Assembly (NCBI GenBank): GCA_963514005.1
Contig: OY740784.1
Coordinates: 82,398,001 to 82,462,000, forward strand
DNA length: 64,000 nt
Reading direction: 5' to 3'
Source: Raja brachyura
Lineage: Eukaryota
Below are positions 38,170 through 49,674 of this stretch, one piece after another. Each line of letters starts with the position of its first letter. Within the stretch, counting starts at the first letter, position 1. Made by a program: the position numbers and the translations under genes. Below the pieces are notes generated by a model, which saw only the letters and a program-made list of their open reading frames with translations, did no database searches and had not been told where the DNA came from.

Positions 38170-39530
38170 TGAGCATGAAAGAGGAGCTGGCCAAAGATGA
38201 CTGGAAAGATACCCTAGCAGGGATGACAGTGGAACAACAATGGCAGGTATTTCTCGGAATAATGCAGACAGTGCAGGATCAGTTCATTCCAAGGGAAGTA
38301 AGGGGCGACCGTGGCTGACAAGAAAGTCAAGGAGAGTATAAAAATAAAAGAGAAGTATAACATAGCAAAGTTGAGCGGGAAGCCAGAAGATTGGTAAACT
38401 TTTAAAGAGAACAGAAGATAACTAAAAAGGCAAAACGGGGAGAAAAGATGAGGTACGAAGATAAGCTAGCCAAGAATATAAAGGAGGATAGAAAAAGCTT
38501 CTTTAGGTATGTGAAGAGGAAAAAATTAGTTCATTCCAAAGTTGGACCCTTGAAGACTGAAACAGGTGAATTTATTATGGGGAACAAGGAAATGGCAGAC
38601 GAGTTGAACAGGTACTTTGTTTGCGTCTTCCGTAGTGAAGACAGTTCTAATCTCCCTGATATACTAGTGGCCAGAGGATCTAGGGTGACAGAGGAACTGA
38701 AGGAAATTCACATTAGGTAGGAAATGGTGTTGGGTGAGTGGGCAGTTGCATGGCAGTTGCAGTATAATGTGGATAAATGTGAGGTTATCCACTTTGGTGG
38801 CAAAAACAGGAAGGCAGAATATTACCTGAATGGTGTCAAGCTGGGAAAGGGGGAAGAACAAAGAGATGTGGGGTACAGCAGGCAGCGAAGAAAGCTAATG
38901 GCATGTTGGCCTTCTTAACAAGAGGAGTTGAGTATAGGAGCAAATAGGTTCTTCTGCAGCTGTACAGGCCCCTTTTGAGACTTCACCTGGAGTATTGTGT
39001 GCAGTTTTGGTCTCCAAATTTGAGGAAGGACATTCTTGCTGTTGAGGGAGTGCAGTGTAGGTTCACAAGATTAATTCCCAGGATGTCGTATGTTGATAGA
39101 ATGGAACGGCTGGGCTTATATACTCTGGAATTTAGAAGGATGAGAGGGAATCTTATTGAAACATATAAGATTATTAAGGGATTGGACACGCTAGAGGCAG
39201 GAAACAAGTTCCAGGTGTTGGGGGAGTCCAGAACCAGGGGCCACAGTTTAAGAATAAGAGGTAGGCCATTTTGAACAGAGATGAAGAAAAACTTTTCAAC
39301 CTAGAGAGTTGTGAATCTGTGGAATTCTCTGCCTCAGAAGGCAGTGGAGGCCAATCCTCTGGATGCTTTCAAGAGAGAGTTAGATAGAGCTCTTTAAGAT
39401 AGCGGTCAGGGAATATGGTGAGAAGGCAGGAACGGAGTACTGAATGTGGATGATCAGCCATGATCACAGTGAATGGCGATGCTGGCTCGAAGGGCCGAAT
39501 GGCCTACTCCTGCAGCTATTGTCTATTGTC
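38170..39530 (+). mobile_element. Relatively young, internally deleted CR1 LINE (ORF2 fragments plus 3' UTR)
   Basis: ORFs YEDKLAKNIKEDRKSFFRYVK..MADELNRYF, WQLQYNVDKCEVIHFG, HLEYCVQFWSP..RRMRGNLIETYKII; CTATTGTCTATTGTCT tail. Confidence 0.92.
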
Positions 39531-39624
39531 TCACACAAGGATGGTTAGTGTGAGAATGGGAAACAACTTTTTGAAAGTGTGCTTATTGCTTGTGGCTTCT
39601 TGTTCTGCCTTCAATTTACCATCC

Positions 39625-39906
39625 AGTTTAGAATTACAGCGCATAAGCAGGCCCTTCAGCCCACCGAGTCCATGCTGACTAGCAATCAGGGCACAGTAGC
39701 ACTATCCTTGACACACTAGGGGCAATTTACTATTTTACCAAGCCAATTAACCTACAAACCTGTACGTCTTTGGAGTGTGGGAAGAAACCGGAGCTCCCAG
39801 GGAAAACCCACGGAGGTCACGGGAGAACAAACGAACTCCATAGTCAGGATCGAACCTTGGTCTCTGCCGTTCTATGGCAGCAACTCTACTGCTGCACCAC
39901 CGTGCC
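39625..39906 (-). mobile_element. HE1/V-SINE, near full length
   Basis: Minus strand GGCACGGTGGTGCAGCAG (A box) and GGTTCGATCC (B box); similar to 34424-34720. Confidence 0.85.
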
Positions 39907-40089
39907 AACTATCTGCTTTTCACCAGAGAATTGTTGATAATAAATTAGGCTCTGTGCTCCACTACTGAAGTCTTCCTCCTTGACATAATAAAGCAAAATT
40001 TAAAAATATTACTGTCGACGGAATTATGCAAACCACCAGCACCTTGCCACACACACAATTATCTTTAGGCTGATAGACCACTGGACAAG

Positions 40090-40690
40090 GAACTTGTTGA
40101 TATCACCTTAGCCTTGAGTCAGAAGATGATGGGTTAAAGGCTCAATTGAGGAATGTGCAGATAACATCTACAATGAGATGTGCTGTCTTTTCAAATGAAA
40201 TGTTAAATTGAGTGTCTGTCCTTCAAGGTGTTAGTTTAAAACATCCCATGACACTCATTGAAGGAGCACATTGATGGGCAAAAAGCAAACTGCTGCAGGA
40301 ACTCAGCATGCCAGGTTGCATGAGTGGAAGAAAATGGACAAACAATGTTTTGGGTCGGCACCCTTCTCCATACTAATAGCCAATTTTTCCAATCAACCTG
40401 CAGTATCAATTCTTCAGTATAAATATGATCACGTTAGCTAACTGCACAATAAAGATGTAAGGAATGGAATTTTGGAAGGGGGATACAATGTATCATCAGA
40501 ATTGGGCAGTGCATGCTGCTGAAAACATATTTCAATAATTGTTTAATTCACTGCTGATTATCAGACCTTGCAGTGTAGATATTGTCAGCTGCATTACCAC
40601 ACAGTACAACAGCGACCATACTCAGAAGTACTTCCTTGGTACGATGCTCTTCACCCAAGAAAGCACTATATAAATATAAGCTCTTTCTCT
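40090..40690 (+). mobile_element. Ancient Deu-domain SINE (SacSINE1/AmnSINE1-like), interrupted by a degenerate Penelope repeat at ~40275-40375
   Basis: GCTGTCTTTTCAAATGAAATGTTAAA..ATCCCATGACACT..GAAG and tail AAAGCACTATATAAATATAAG resemble the Deu SINE consensus as recalled. Confidence 0.6.
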
Positions 40691-42146
40691 CCCTCTGTAA
40701 ACTTATGACGGTGTCAATTGATCAACTAATCTGTTCATCAGAAAATCATCCTCAATTATGTCAGACTTCCCAAATTAAATAAAATATTACCATTACCTAA
40801 CACTTCTAAACCTTGGCTGAAAGGGTTAAGTAGAGTTGATTAATGTGGAATATCAGACCTTATAGTTTGTAATTGCATTAATCCCCAAAAGGGTGATTGT
40901 AAGAACACAGGAATGAAAGGGGTCAGGAAAGGTATGCTTTCTCCCAGCACTGCAGAAGTATAATATCGAAAATAATGCTCATAACCCTCTATCAATATTT
41001 TCAGCAGGTACTTAGCCAATTCTCTCTTGACTTAATAAATACAATCAGTCCTTGTGTACTTTCAAGACCATGCATAACATGGGATGATTTCAACTGCCTT
41101 TTCTCCTTCTTCTAAAAATATGGGTAATACAGTACTGCAGAATCTATGTATTCGACCATTTTTGTGGGTCTTTTTGGTGTAAAGATGATGCGGTTCTGGT
41201 TTAGGAGGGCACCATAAATTGATTTGTGAGCCCAAAGTAAGTAACCCCAGCAAGTGTTGCTTTGACTGTATTTATCTACATTATATATCTTCATCTCCAA
41301 TATTTTCCTGTCCTTCAAAATTGGAATAGTTGGCACTGTCTCTTAACTGGCATATTTTTGCAAATCCAAATTTTTATTTTTGTGCACAAGCCACTAAATG
41401 CACATTGTCCTCGACAAAGAAGAATGTTTAAGGGAGCCTTAACTTTTCTATTGCTACATGTACACGTGCATTCCACAGACATGGATTTACAGTGACGAAA
41501 GCTGATCAATTGTTTAAATATATTTGGCATAATATGTTCCATAAATTCCTTCGGCAGTAGTTTAATAGCTTATGCAAAAACCTAGGCCCCCAAGTCATTC
41601 TATGGGAAACTGCAGTTTGATCATTTGCCACCTTCAGCTGAAAATCCCCTCTGTTTTATCAGCAGAGGCATTAACCCACTCAATATAAATTTTAGAGCAA
41701 AGAATTTGAAACACCCAAAGACTGATATTTTGCTAATTGACAGGAAGGTGAGTGCCGCACGTCGCTTTGAACCTGATGTAACTTCAAACCTATTTTGAGG
41801 CCTGTTGTCTGTTTTGCCATATAGAGGAGATACTGCCAGGATCCCCTCCAGTGCTTTCCTGCACGATTCCTGAGAGTGGTGCAATGAGATCACCTATACA
41901 GCAGCAAAGGCAGCTGATTTTTGTTTTAATCTTCAAGACGCTCTCTTGTAAGCTGTGCTTAAACCTAATGTACAGTAAAGTACTTGGTGAAGAGGGATGT
42001 CATTTTATTGAATTATAACATGGGAACTAGTATATCTCATCGCAAACCTTTTCCTCAAACATCTAGGTTACATTGCATTTTGACAGAGTTTTGTTTAAAG
42101 TGAAATATTTTCGATCAGCTGTTCGATCCGTAACCACTATAAGCTA

Positions 42147-42455
42147 CAGGCGGTCCACAGGTAATGAACTGATTCATTTTTACAGACTTCCATAAATTAA
42201 TTTTGTTCGTAAGTTGGAAAACGTACCAAAATCACTTGTTACGGTAACCATATCCACACAGTATCAAAACACTTGTCCAATAAACAAGAAAAAATAGTAA
42301 AAGTGGAGAGAGAGAGAGAGAGAGAGGAAATCAGCTCTCCCATTTGTAGGAACAGGTACTTATGTCATTTTTTTTAATGTAATAATAATATCATGCTCGA
42401 TTTAATGTAGGAGTATCCATAAATTCAATGTTCGTGACCATCCGGGGATGGTCTG
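42147..42455 (+). mobile_element. Tc1/mariner (Tigger/pogo-like) MITE, TA-flanked
   Basis: TA|CAGGCGGTCC ... GGATGGTCTG|TA termini; internal similarity to 56486-56784 in reverse orientation. Strand assignment arbitrary. Confidence 0.6.
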
Positions 42456-43619
42456 TAGTTGGCATAAACTGAGAGGAGATGGGAAGGAACACTTTACAGA
42501 CATTAGGTTGATGTAGCCAACAATGCACTGTTGAAAGGCAAATGGAAATACATTTCATAGTCACTTGCAAAAGAGAATTGGATAAGTAATTGAAAAATAA
42601 AATGTTGTGCAGTGAGTATATGAGGGACTGAGATAAGGTAAAGGTTAGGACATTTTTTTCCACAGCTTGGGTGTCTAAAGCAAAGAGATTAGAAGTTTAT
42701 GTTAAGGGATAAAAAGTTTAGAAGAGATCTGTAAAGGATTTTCTTTCACCCGATAAGTGGTTGGAATCTCGAATGCACTGCTAAGATCGGTTTAGTGAGT
42801 ACATAATGGTCAACATGGACATGGTGGACTGTAGGCCCTGTTTCTCTGCTATATGATTCCATGAAGGGTGCGAGTAGGAATAATTGTATCGATGTTTCAG
42901 TGACATGGCACAGGCAAGATGGACCACATTGCCATCTTTGTGCTTGAGAATTTTATCAGACAAAAGTAACCGCTCATACGTTGGCACATTTCACCAATTT
43001 AGGTGTTATAACATTTGGCACAACATTTATCCGCCTGATCCTTGAATTCTGCACAACATTTATTTTGCAACATGGTTGCAACCAAATGTAATGCCACTGA
43101 AGGTATTACCAATGCATTTTAATAATTGTTGTTTTATCAACTGTGGTAAATTCTATATACCAAGGAGAGAATTGTAGTAATGCAATTTCAAGATTCCAAA
43201 AAGGGTTTCAAAACCATTTGACCTCATCTGAATCTCTCAGTTGGTTTACAGCATGGAAACTCTCGTCCGATTGCTTTTTATTTCGTATGTCACTGTTCAA
43301 CAGAGAGACAGAGTTCTTTCCTGATGAATTAAATAAAGCAGCAAAGTGCTTTCTTTCAGCAGAAGATAAGGGTGAATTTGAAAATATTTAGTAAGAGATT
43401 TTATTAACTGAAACTTTATTAAAGAAGTATTGGTTGAAAATAATGTAATATTGTTTCCTGGTAAAGCAATATAATGCTTATTACCAAATGCTCTATCCCA
43501 TAATTTCTCAAAATATTTTAATTGTTCTGAGTTAAGGTTATTTGAAAAGTAAAGGCTCGCACTTCCAGACTTCTTCCACAATCCGGGTATCTATAAACAG
43601 TTCCCATGTTTCCTTACCA

Positions 43620-43930
43620 CTGAAGGAGGCCATTCTGCCCAGTCAGGATGGGAATGGGAATGTGCTGCAGGCTCCCTAAGCAATCGTATCCCCCCACTAA
43701 TTTTTCCCATTAACTATTCTCCCTACAAGTCAACTGCCCATCTTCACCAGAGACAATATACAATGACCAATTAACCTATAATCCAGCAAATCTTTAGGAT
43801 TTGGAAGGAAAGACATCCACATTAGCACAGGAAGGACATGCAAACTCCACACAGACAGCAACGAAAAGACTATATTGGCCGCAGGTCATTGGAGCTGCGA
43901 GGCTGCAGCCCAACCAGTTGCATGACCGTA
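43620..43930 (-). mobile_element. Degenerate HE1/V-SINE
   Basis: CCAATTAACCTA..TCTTTAGGATTTGGAAGGAAA..CATGCAAACTCCACACAGACAGC. Confidence 0.6.
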
Positions 43931-44689
43931 CCAACTCCAACCTACTTGCAAACCATGGTTATCATTGTAATGCAGCAAGGAGAAGCATCTGATTTTGAAA
44001 CAGGCCACCCCCTTATCTAATGGTGAGATTAGGGTCAGGTAATCTGTCCAAAGGCATTAATGGATACAATAATTAGCATGCTTTCAATTTTTCTTTGAAT
44101 AAGGCTGAACATACATGTCAGAGCAGAAGAAACCTTGGCTTAGTCTTTCCATTTATTATTTTCTCATTTTAGATTACTCAGTAACAAAACTAATCTTTGA
44201 TTACTTTCTTGATTATTAGTCACTGAACTTTGTCTCTGCCATTTCTGGTGCACATAGGCATGGTACTATACTTTTAACTCTTCGTTAGAAATGCAGAGCT
44301 GCTTACCTTTCAGAAAACCATCTTGTCATCTTTTCAAGCCTGAAAACCAATATGTTAGCCTGAAGGTGACAAATGTAGAAATTCGTCCTCTCTTACATAC
44401 ACATTGCACATTTTAGCTTTGTGTTGAACGTACTCTGAAATACAGTTGCAGTGACTTCAGTGAAAGTAATATCCAGAAGCAGAGTTCATCGCCAGCAATG
44501 TGCATTTTATTCATACAACTGAAGACAAACAAATGCTCGTGTATTATTTTGCACAAAAAGTGTGCATTAAAACAACATTAATTTGCATATTATGTTATAT
44601 TTGGGAAGTGGTGTTGCATTTTTAAAAAGTCAAGCTGGAGAAAGATCTTTACAGTGTGCGATCGGTACCTGGGGAAGAGGAAGCTAGGA

Positions 44690-45325
44690 GTACAAGTGCA
44701 TGGTTCGTTAAAGTAGTGTCACAAGTAGACAGTGTTTTGAAGAAGCATTTGGCAGCAGGCCTTGAGTTAGGGCATTGAGTACAGGAGTTGGGATGGTATG
44801 TTGTAGATATACAAGATGTTGGTGAAGCCACACTTAAAGTATTGTGCACAGTTTTGGTTAACATGTTGCAGAAACAGGCATCGGAAAACTGTAAAGAGCG
44901 CAGAGAAAATTTACGAGATCGTTGCCGAGACTCAAAGGCTTGAGTTATAGTGAAAATTTGGTCAGGCTAGGACTTTAGTCCCTGAGGGACAGGGGACTGA
45001 GGAGGTGATTGTATAGCGGTGCACAAAATCATGAGTATCATAGATAAGGTGAATGCACACAGCTTTCTTCCCCAGAGAAGGGGAATAAAGAACTAGAGGG
45101 CATAGGTTTAAGGGGAAAGATTTAAACGGGACCCGATGGGTAAATTCTTCAGACAGTGGGTGGGATGTCTATGGACTAAGTGGCCAGACAAAGTGGTTAA
45201 GGCATGTACAGAAGCATGGATCAGAAAGGTTTAGAGGGATATGGGCCAGGTGCGGGAAATGGGATTAGTTCAGATGGACATGTTAGTCGGCATGGACGTG
45301 CAGTCCAAAGGGCCTGTTTCCGTGG
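44690..45325 (+). mobile_element. Decayed CR1/HER1 LINE 3' portion
   Basis: GGCATTGAGTACAGGAGTTGGGA..GTATTGTGCACAGTTTTGGT..AGAGGGCATAGGTTTAAGG..GGGCCTGTTTCCGTG. Confidence 0.8.
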
Positions 45326-46429
45326 TATAGCATCAATAATCAACACACATGATAATATGAGCAGTCTTTTGTCAATATATTTCATAAATGCATTTGTGAC
45401 ATCAACTTCAGTATTGTGGCCTCTCAGCCATCAAAATGTGTTTCCTTACAATTGCATGTGCCAGATATCAAAAACAATGACTCCTGATATACCTTCCCCA
45501 GGGGGAGATCATCAAGCTCTGATTCAGTGCAGCTAGGTTCAAAAATACTGAAGGAGAAAACTGTGAATAGCAGTTTTATATTAAGTCATTCTAAAAAGGA
45601 GACTTGAATTTACACCACAAAACATCACAGTGAACAGATTTTCAATTATGGCTATTGTGACATGTTTAAGTAAAAAGCAAATCTATTGCTCAATCTGAAA
45701 CTCTCCTAGAAACATGCACAGGATCATCGAAATGCATACAGTTATCTGCACAGTGTTATCCGTGGATTGTGTGCTGACTATAGTCCAGTTAGTTATTAGC
45801 TTTGCAGAGATCTTTCAATTTTTGTACATATTGATCACCCATGAAGGACACGCTGCCTCGGTGCTCTCTCCTTTATAGTGATGGCCCCAGTGGATTTTAT
45901 GAGCTTCTTACCAGGAGGACTAGCTCACAGACGGTTCCCAGACCTCGGCTAATGGTCTTTACTGCTGGCTGCTGTGAGGTGGAGTCATGACAACGTGACA
46001 GCAGTTTCATTAATCTGATATCGCATCCCTGCAGGGACACCGCAAGGCTTTGATTCAGCTTGGCATGTAGAGGGTCATCATTTGTTCAATGTGGAAAAGC
46101 ACCGTACCCACACGCACACAATCGAACAAGACAGGCTGGGTGGCAAGGAACAGCAACCTTGATTGATTTCCTTTATTCACCACCACTCCCCAACTCAGCT
46201 AGAAGGACCAGGGCACTGTAAGCTTTGAAACACCATCGCCTGGAAGTTGCCCTCCCTAACAGCATCGTGAGTGTACTGACACCTCAAGCACTACAGTGAT
46301 TCAAGATGTCAGCACACCACAACCTTCTCAAGGACAATTAGGGGATGGGGGATTAAATGCTGACTCAGCTGGCTCGGCCCACATCCCTTGGATGAATAAA
46401 GCAAAATTCCTTTATTTATTTTGCATCCC

Positions 46430-46800
46430 TCCACTGCTCACCCCTCGCCTCTCTCGCTTGCTTCCATCTGCCACCACACCTCATTCAGTTCCATTCTTCA
46501 TCTCCCTTTTCAATCAGGTTCCAGAATCTATCGCCTTTTGTTCTCTGCTTATTTCACACCCACCCCCACCTCTGTCACTTTCTCCACCCTTCTTCCTCCA
46601 CCTGACCAACCATCATCTGTATCCACCTATCCCATTCTAGCTCTTCTCCCACCGCTTCCTCTACCCCTTTATACTGGCTATTTTCCCTCTACTCTGTCAG
46701 TCTAGATGAAGCCAAAACGTGTGCTGTCCTTTCCTCCACACAGGCTGCCTGATCCACTGAGTTCCTCCAACTGTTCGCCTTTTTTTTGCTACAGATTCCA
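46430..46800 (+). mobile_element. Degenerate Penelope terminal repeat (pyrimidine-rich segment plus tail)
   Basis: CTCTGTCAGTCTAGATGAAGCCAAAACGT..GCTGCCTGATCCACTGAGTTCCTCCA. Confidence 0.55.
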
Positions 46801-47569
46801 CCACCACCCGTAGTCTAAAAAAGTTATTGTTTCTCATTTGTTTAACATTGAGGTACCAAGACAGGAGGCAGATGAATCAGTGTTTCCTGAAATTAAAGAA
46901 ACATGAGCAGGAATAGGCCATAGATTCGCCCAGTCTGTTCGCTTTCAGTAAAATTCTAACTCACTTTCTACATATCTGCACTGTCTTGATAATTTAAGAG
47001 ACCAAAACTTTCACTTTGAATACACTCAACAGCCACCCTCACAGATGAAGAATTTCCAAATTCCTATACCTCCGATTAACTAAATTTCCCATCATCTTGG
47101 TTCTCAATGCTGCCTGATGTTCCTGGGACCATGCTCTCCACGACTTGATACTCCAGCCACAACAATTTAGCACCTGCCCTGCCAATCACTCATAGAATCT
47201 TAAACATTTCAATGCCATCACTTCTCCTTCCCTAGCACTCTAGAGTGTTTGGGCCAATCTCACTCGCAAGAAAGTCCTTCAAGCAAGTAGGTTAATTGGC
47301 AACTATCATTGTGTCTCGTGGGCATGGTAGAATCTGGAGGAAGTTGGTGTAAATGTGGGGAAAATAAAATAGGATTAATGTAAATGGGTGCTTGAAGATC
47401 AGTCCAAACTTGATGGGTCAAAGGGGCTGTTTCATTGCCTCTATGCAATGTTTTACAATTGGAGGAAAACACATGATATAGTTGCAAGCAATTTCAATCA
47501 ATTAATCTAATGAATCTTCACTGCACCACCTCCTAAGGCAAACATATTAATATTTAATTTTTTTAAAAC

Positions 47570-47935
47570 CTCAACTTAAATAGCATCTTTCATGTTGTTT
47601 TCAGAAAGTGCGAGAGCCCAATGGAGCAATTTTGATATGTAGCCATTGTTATCATGGAGAAAATGACAGCAGATAGATTGGCCACATGAAAAGCCAAGTG
47701 TTTCCGACTAGGTACTCTACTGGGTGAGTGATAAAGACTTGCCATTATCACTGTGGATAACCCCACTGTTCTTCTTCAAAGCATTATTATGGGGTCTTTT
47801 ATCTCCATATGAGAGCACAGGAAGCCTTGCTTTAATTTTTCAGCTCCAAGAGTGCTCCCAAAACCGTGGAGCTCTGACCTAGTGCCAAAATTATGTGCTC
47901 TCGTCACAGCCCTGAGACTCAAACCCAAAGGCTTC
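47570..47935 (-). mobile_element. Ancient Deu-domain SINE
   Basis: CTGTTCTTCTTCAAAG..ATGGGGTCTTTTATCTCCA..GAGAGCACAG..GCCTTGCTTTAA is the reverse complement of the Deu domain as recalled. Confidence 0.55.
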
Positions 47936-49674
47936 CAACAGAATGACAAGAATTATTTTAACTGAGCAAAAACTACACCAATGCAATATTTGGTGCAGAG
48001 AACAAACTTTGAGAGTGGCCCTGGCTGAGATCACCTTGTGCACCATTGGACCAGATCTGGCTGCAGAGACTAATTCCTGTGCACAAGATGGGAACGTTAT
48101 ATTGAGTCGCTCCATCATCAAGCAAGCCAAGTAGCATTACCCATTGCCAATCAAGCAGACTACTGTCAAAAGAGAAAAGCAAGTACACACCACACCACCG
48201 GTGAGCGAACCACATAATTACAATGGCACAACACTGCCTTCACCAACTGGACAGCTGAAGGAAAACCTTTCCTTGTACAAAATGCAGCAAAACACCAACA
48301 GGTTTACATTTGCTTATATTTTAGACAGGTTGAATGCCAACCAATATTGCAGAATAGTTGAATGTGCATAAAATAATAAATGACCTCAATTGGCACAATG
48401 GCACCTACTAATACTGTGATAGTAAACAAAAGTAAACTTTAACTTGGCTTATAAATCTGCTTAGTTGATCAGGTGCCCATTAGAATTCTATTTCTTAAAT
48501 TTCATGCATTGTTTAGCATGTGGTAGCAGGATCAGTCCAGAGAAGTGACTACATACAGTGGCAATTAAGCACGTGTAACCAATTTGTAATTTTCCTTTTC
48601 CTGGCACAAACAATCACTAAGACATTACTTGAGCACAGATAAGTCGATGTTCGAGAATTCTCTTGTAAAAAATGCTATAGGTATCAAACAGCCTTGAATG
48701 TTGAGTAACTCAGTGTTTTAAGGCACTTTATTGGAATGCAAGGGTATAAAAGACTGAAGGCAGTGTATAAATATATATGAAGGTCTCATTGAGGATCATA
48801 AAAATATTTTGCAGCCAAAATAAGTCTAAATTCTGGCTCTTTTCACAACAGTGATGGTTTCAGTTTTGTTCAGTGAAGAAATTACCTCACATAATATGGC
48901 CTTCTGTTATTCAAAGTTTTAATGGATTGGGTCTCTATCAACAACTTTTAATAGATACAGCACAGTCTTTGTTTTTTTTTTACAAGTAGCACAGGAAATA
49001 ATTAATTTAGCTAAATTCCACAGAGCTCTGAAAGGTACAGCGCCCTCGTTAATGCTTCAGGGTGCATTGCTCTCCAGGTTTCTGAAGCCACTAAAGATAC
49101 GGTCATTGATTTAAGACAATATATAGACTAGCATTAAATCTATACTGCCTTGATGCTGTATAAAGATAATAAATCTGGTCAGACCAACGCCACATTTGAG
49201 TAACAGAGCACCAGTTTGTCCTGTCAGGTACTGATTTGAGCCAGAAAGGTTACAGATTAGTTTGGTCATGTCAAGTGAACTGACAAAGACTTCTCTAATT
49301 CTGTTGGAAATGAGGAAACCTGATGGCAAAGGGGAAGCCTAATGAGTCCATCAAAGGCTTGATTTGTACGCAACAGACAAGGCAGCTGTGAATTGTATGA
49401 AAATATTGGAAATCAATAACTTCTATGGAATTTCATTAAGCAGCGGTATCCACAATTGATAGGGTTTCATAATTTGATGGATTGTGCAAAGAAAATGATT
49501 AGCTAGGCAGAAGGAGTGATAGAATACGCACAGAGGGACCTGAGATGTATTGAAGTGAGGTAATTTGTACAAAATAAAAAAATATTGATTTTAGTTATGT
49601 GCAAAAACTTGAAATTGGAGGGAGGGGTCGTCCGGTAAGTCATTGCTTGATGTGTCCCTTTCATTTCCTTGTAG

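Larger units (their letters stand above)
11357..49674 (+). other. SALL3: SALL3 intron 1 (38,318 nt, GT-AG, phase 1; contains an assembly gap)
   Basis: Bounded by GTAAGT donor and a polypyrimidine-TAG acceptor with compatible phases (T+TC = Phe). Confidence 0.9.

Noticed and set aside
38448-39274. RT-related ORFs as an active LINE or domesticated gene
   Set aside because: Fragmented by stops and frameshifts, with the RT core deleted near 38735.
49599-49674. N-terminal 25 codons of the 1190 aa ORF as coding
   Set aside because: Starts at GTG, lies upstream of a clear acceptor and has no SALL similarity; exon 1 supplies the true start.
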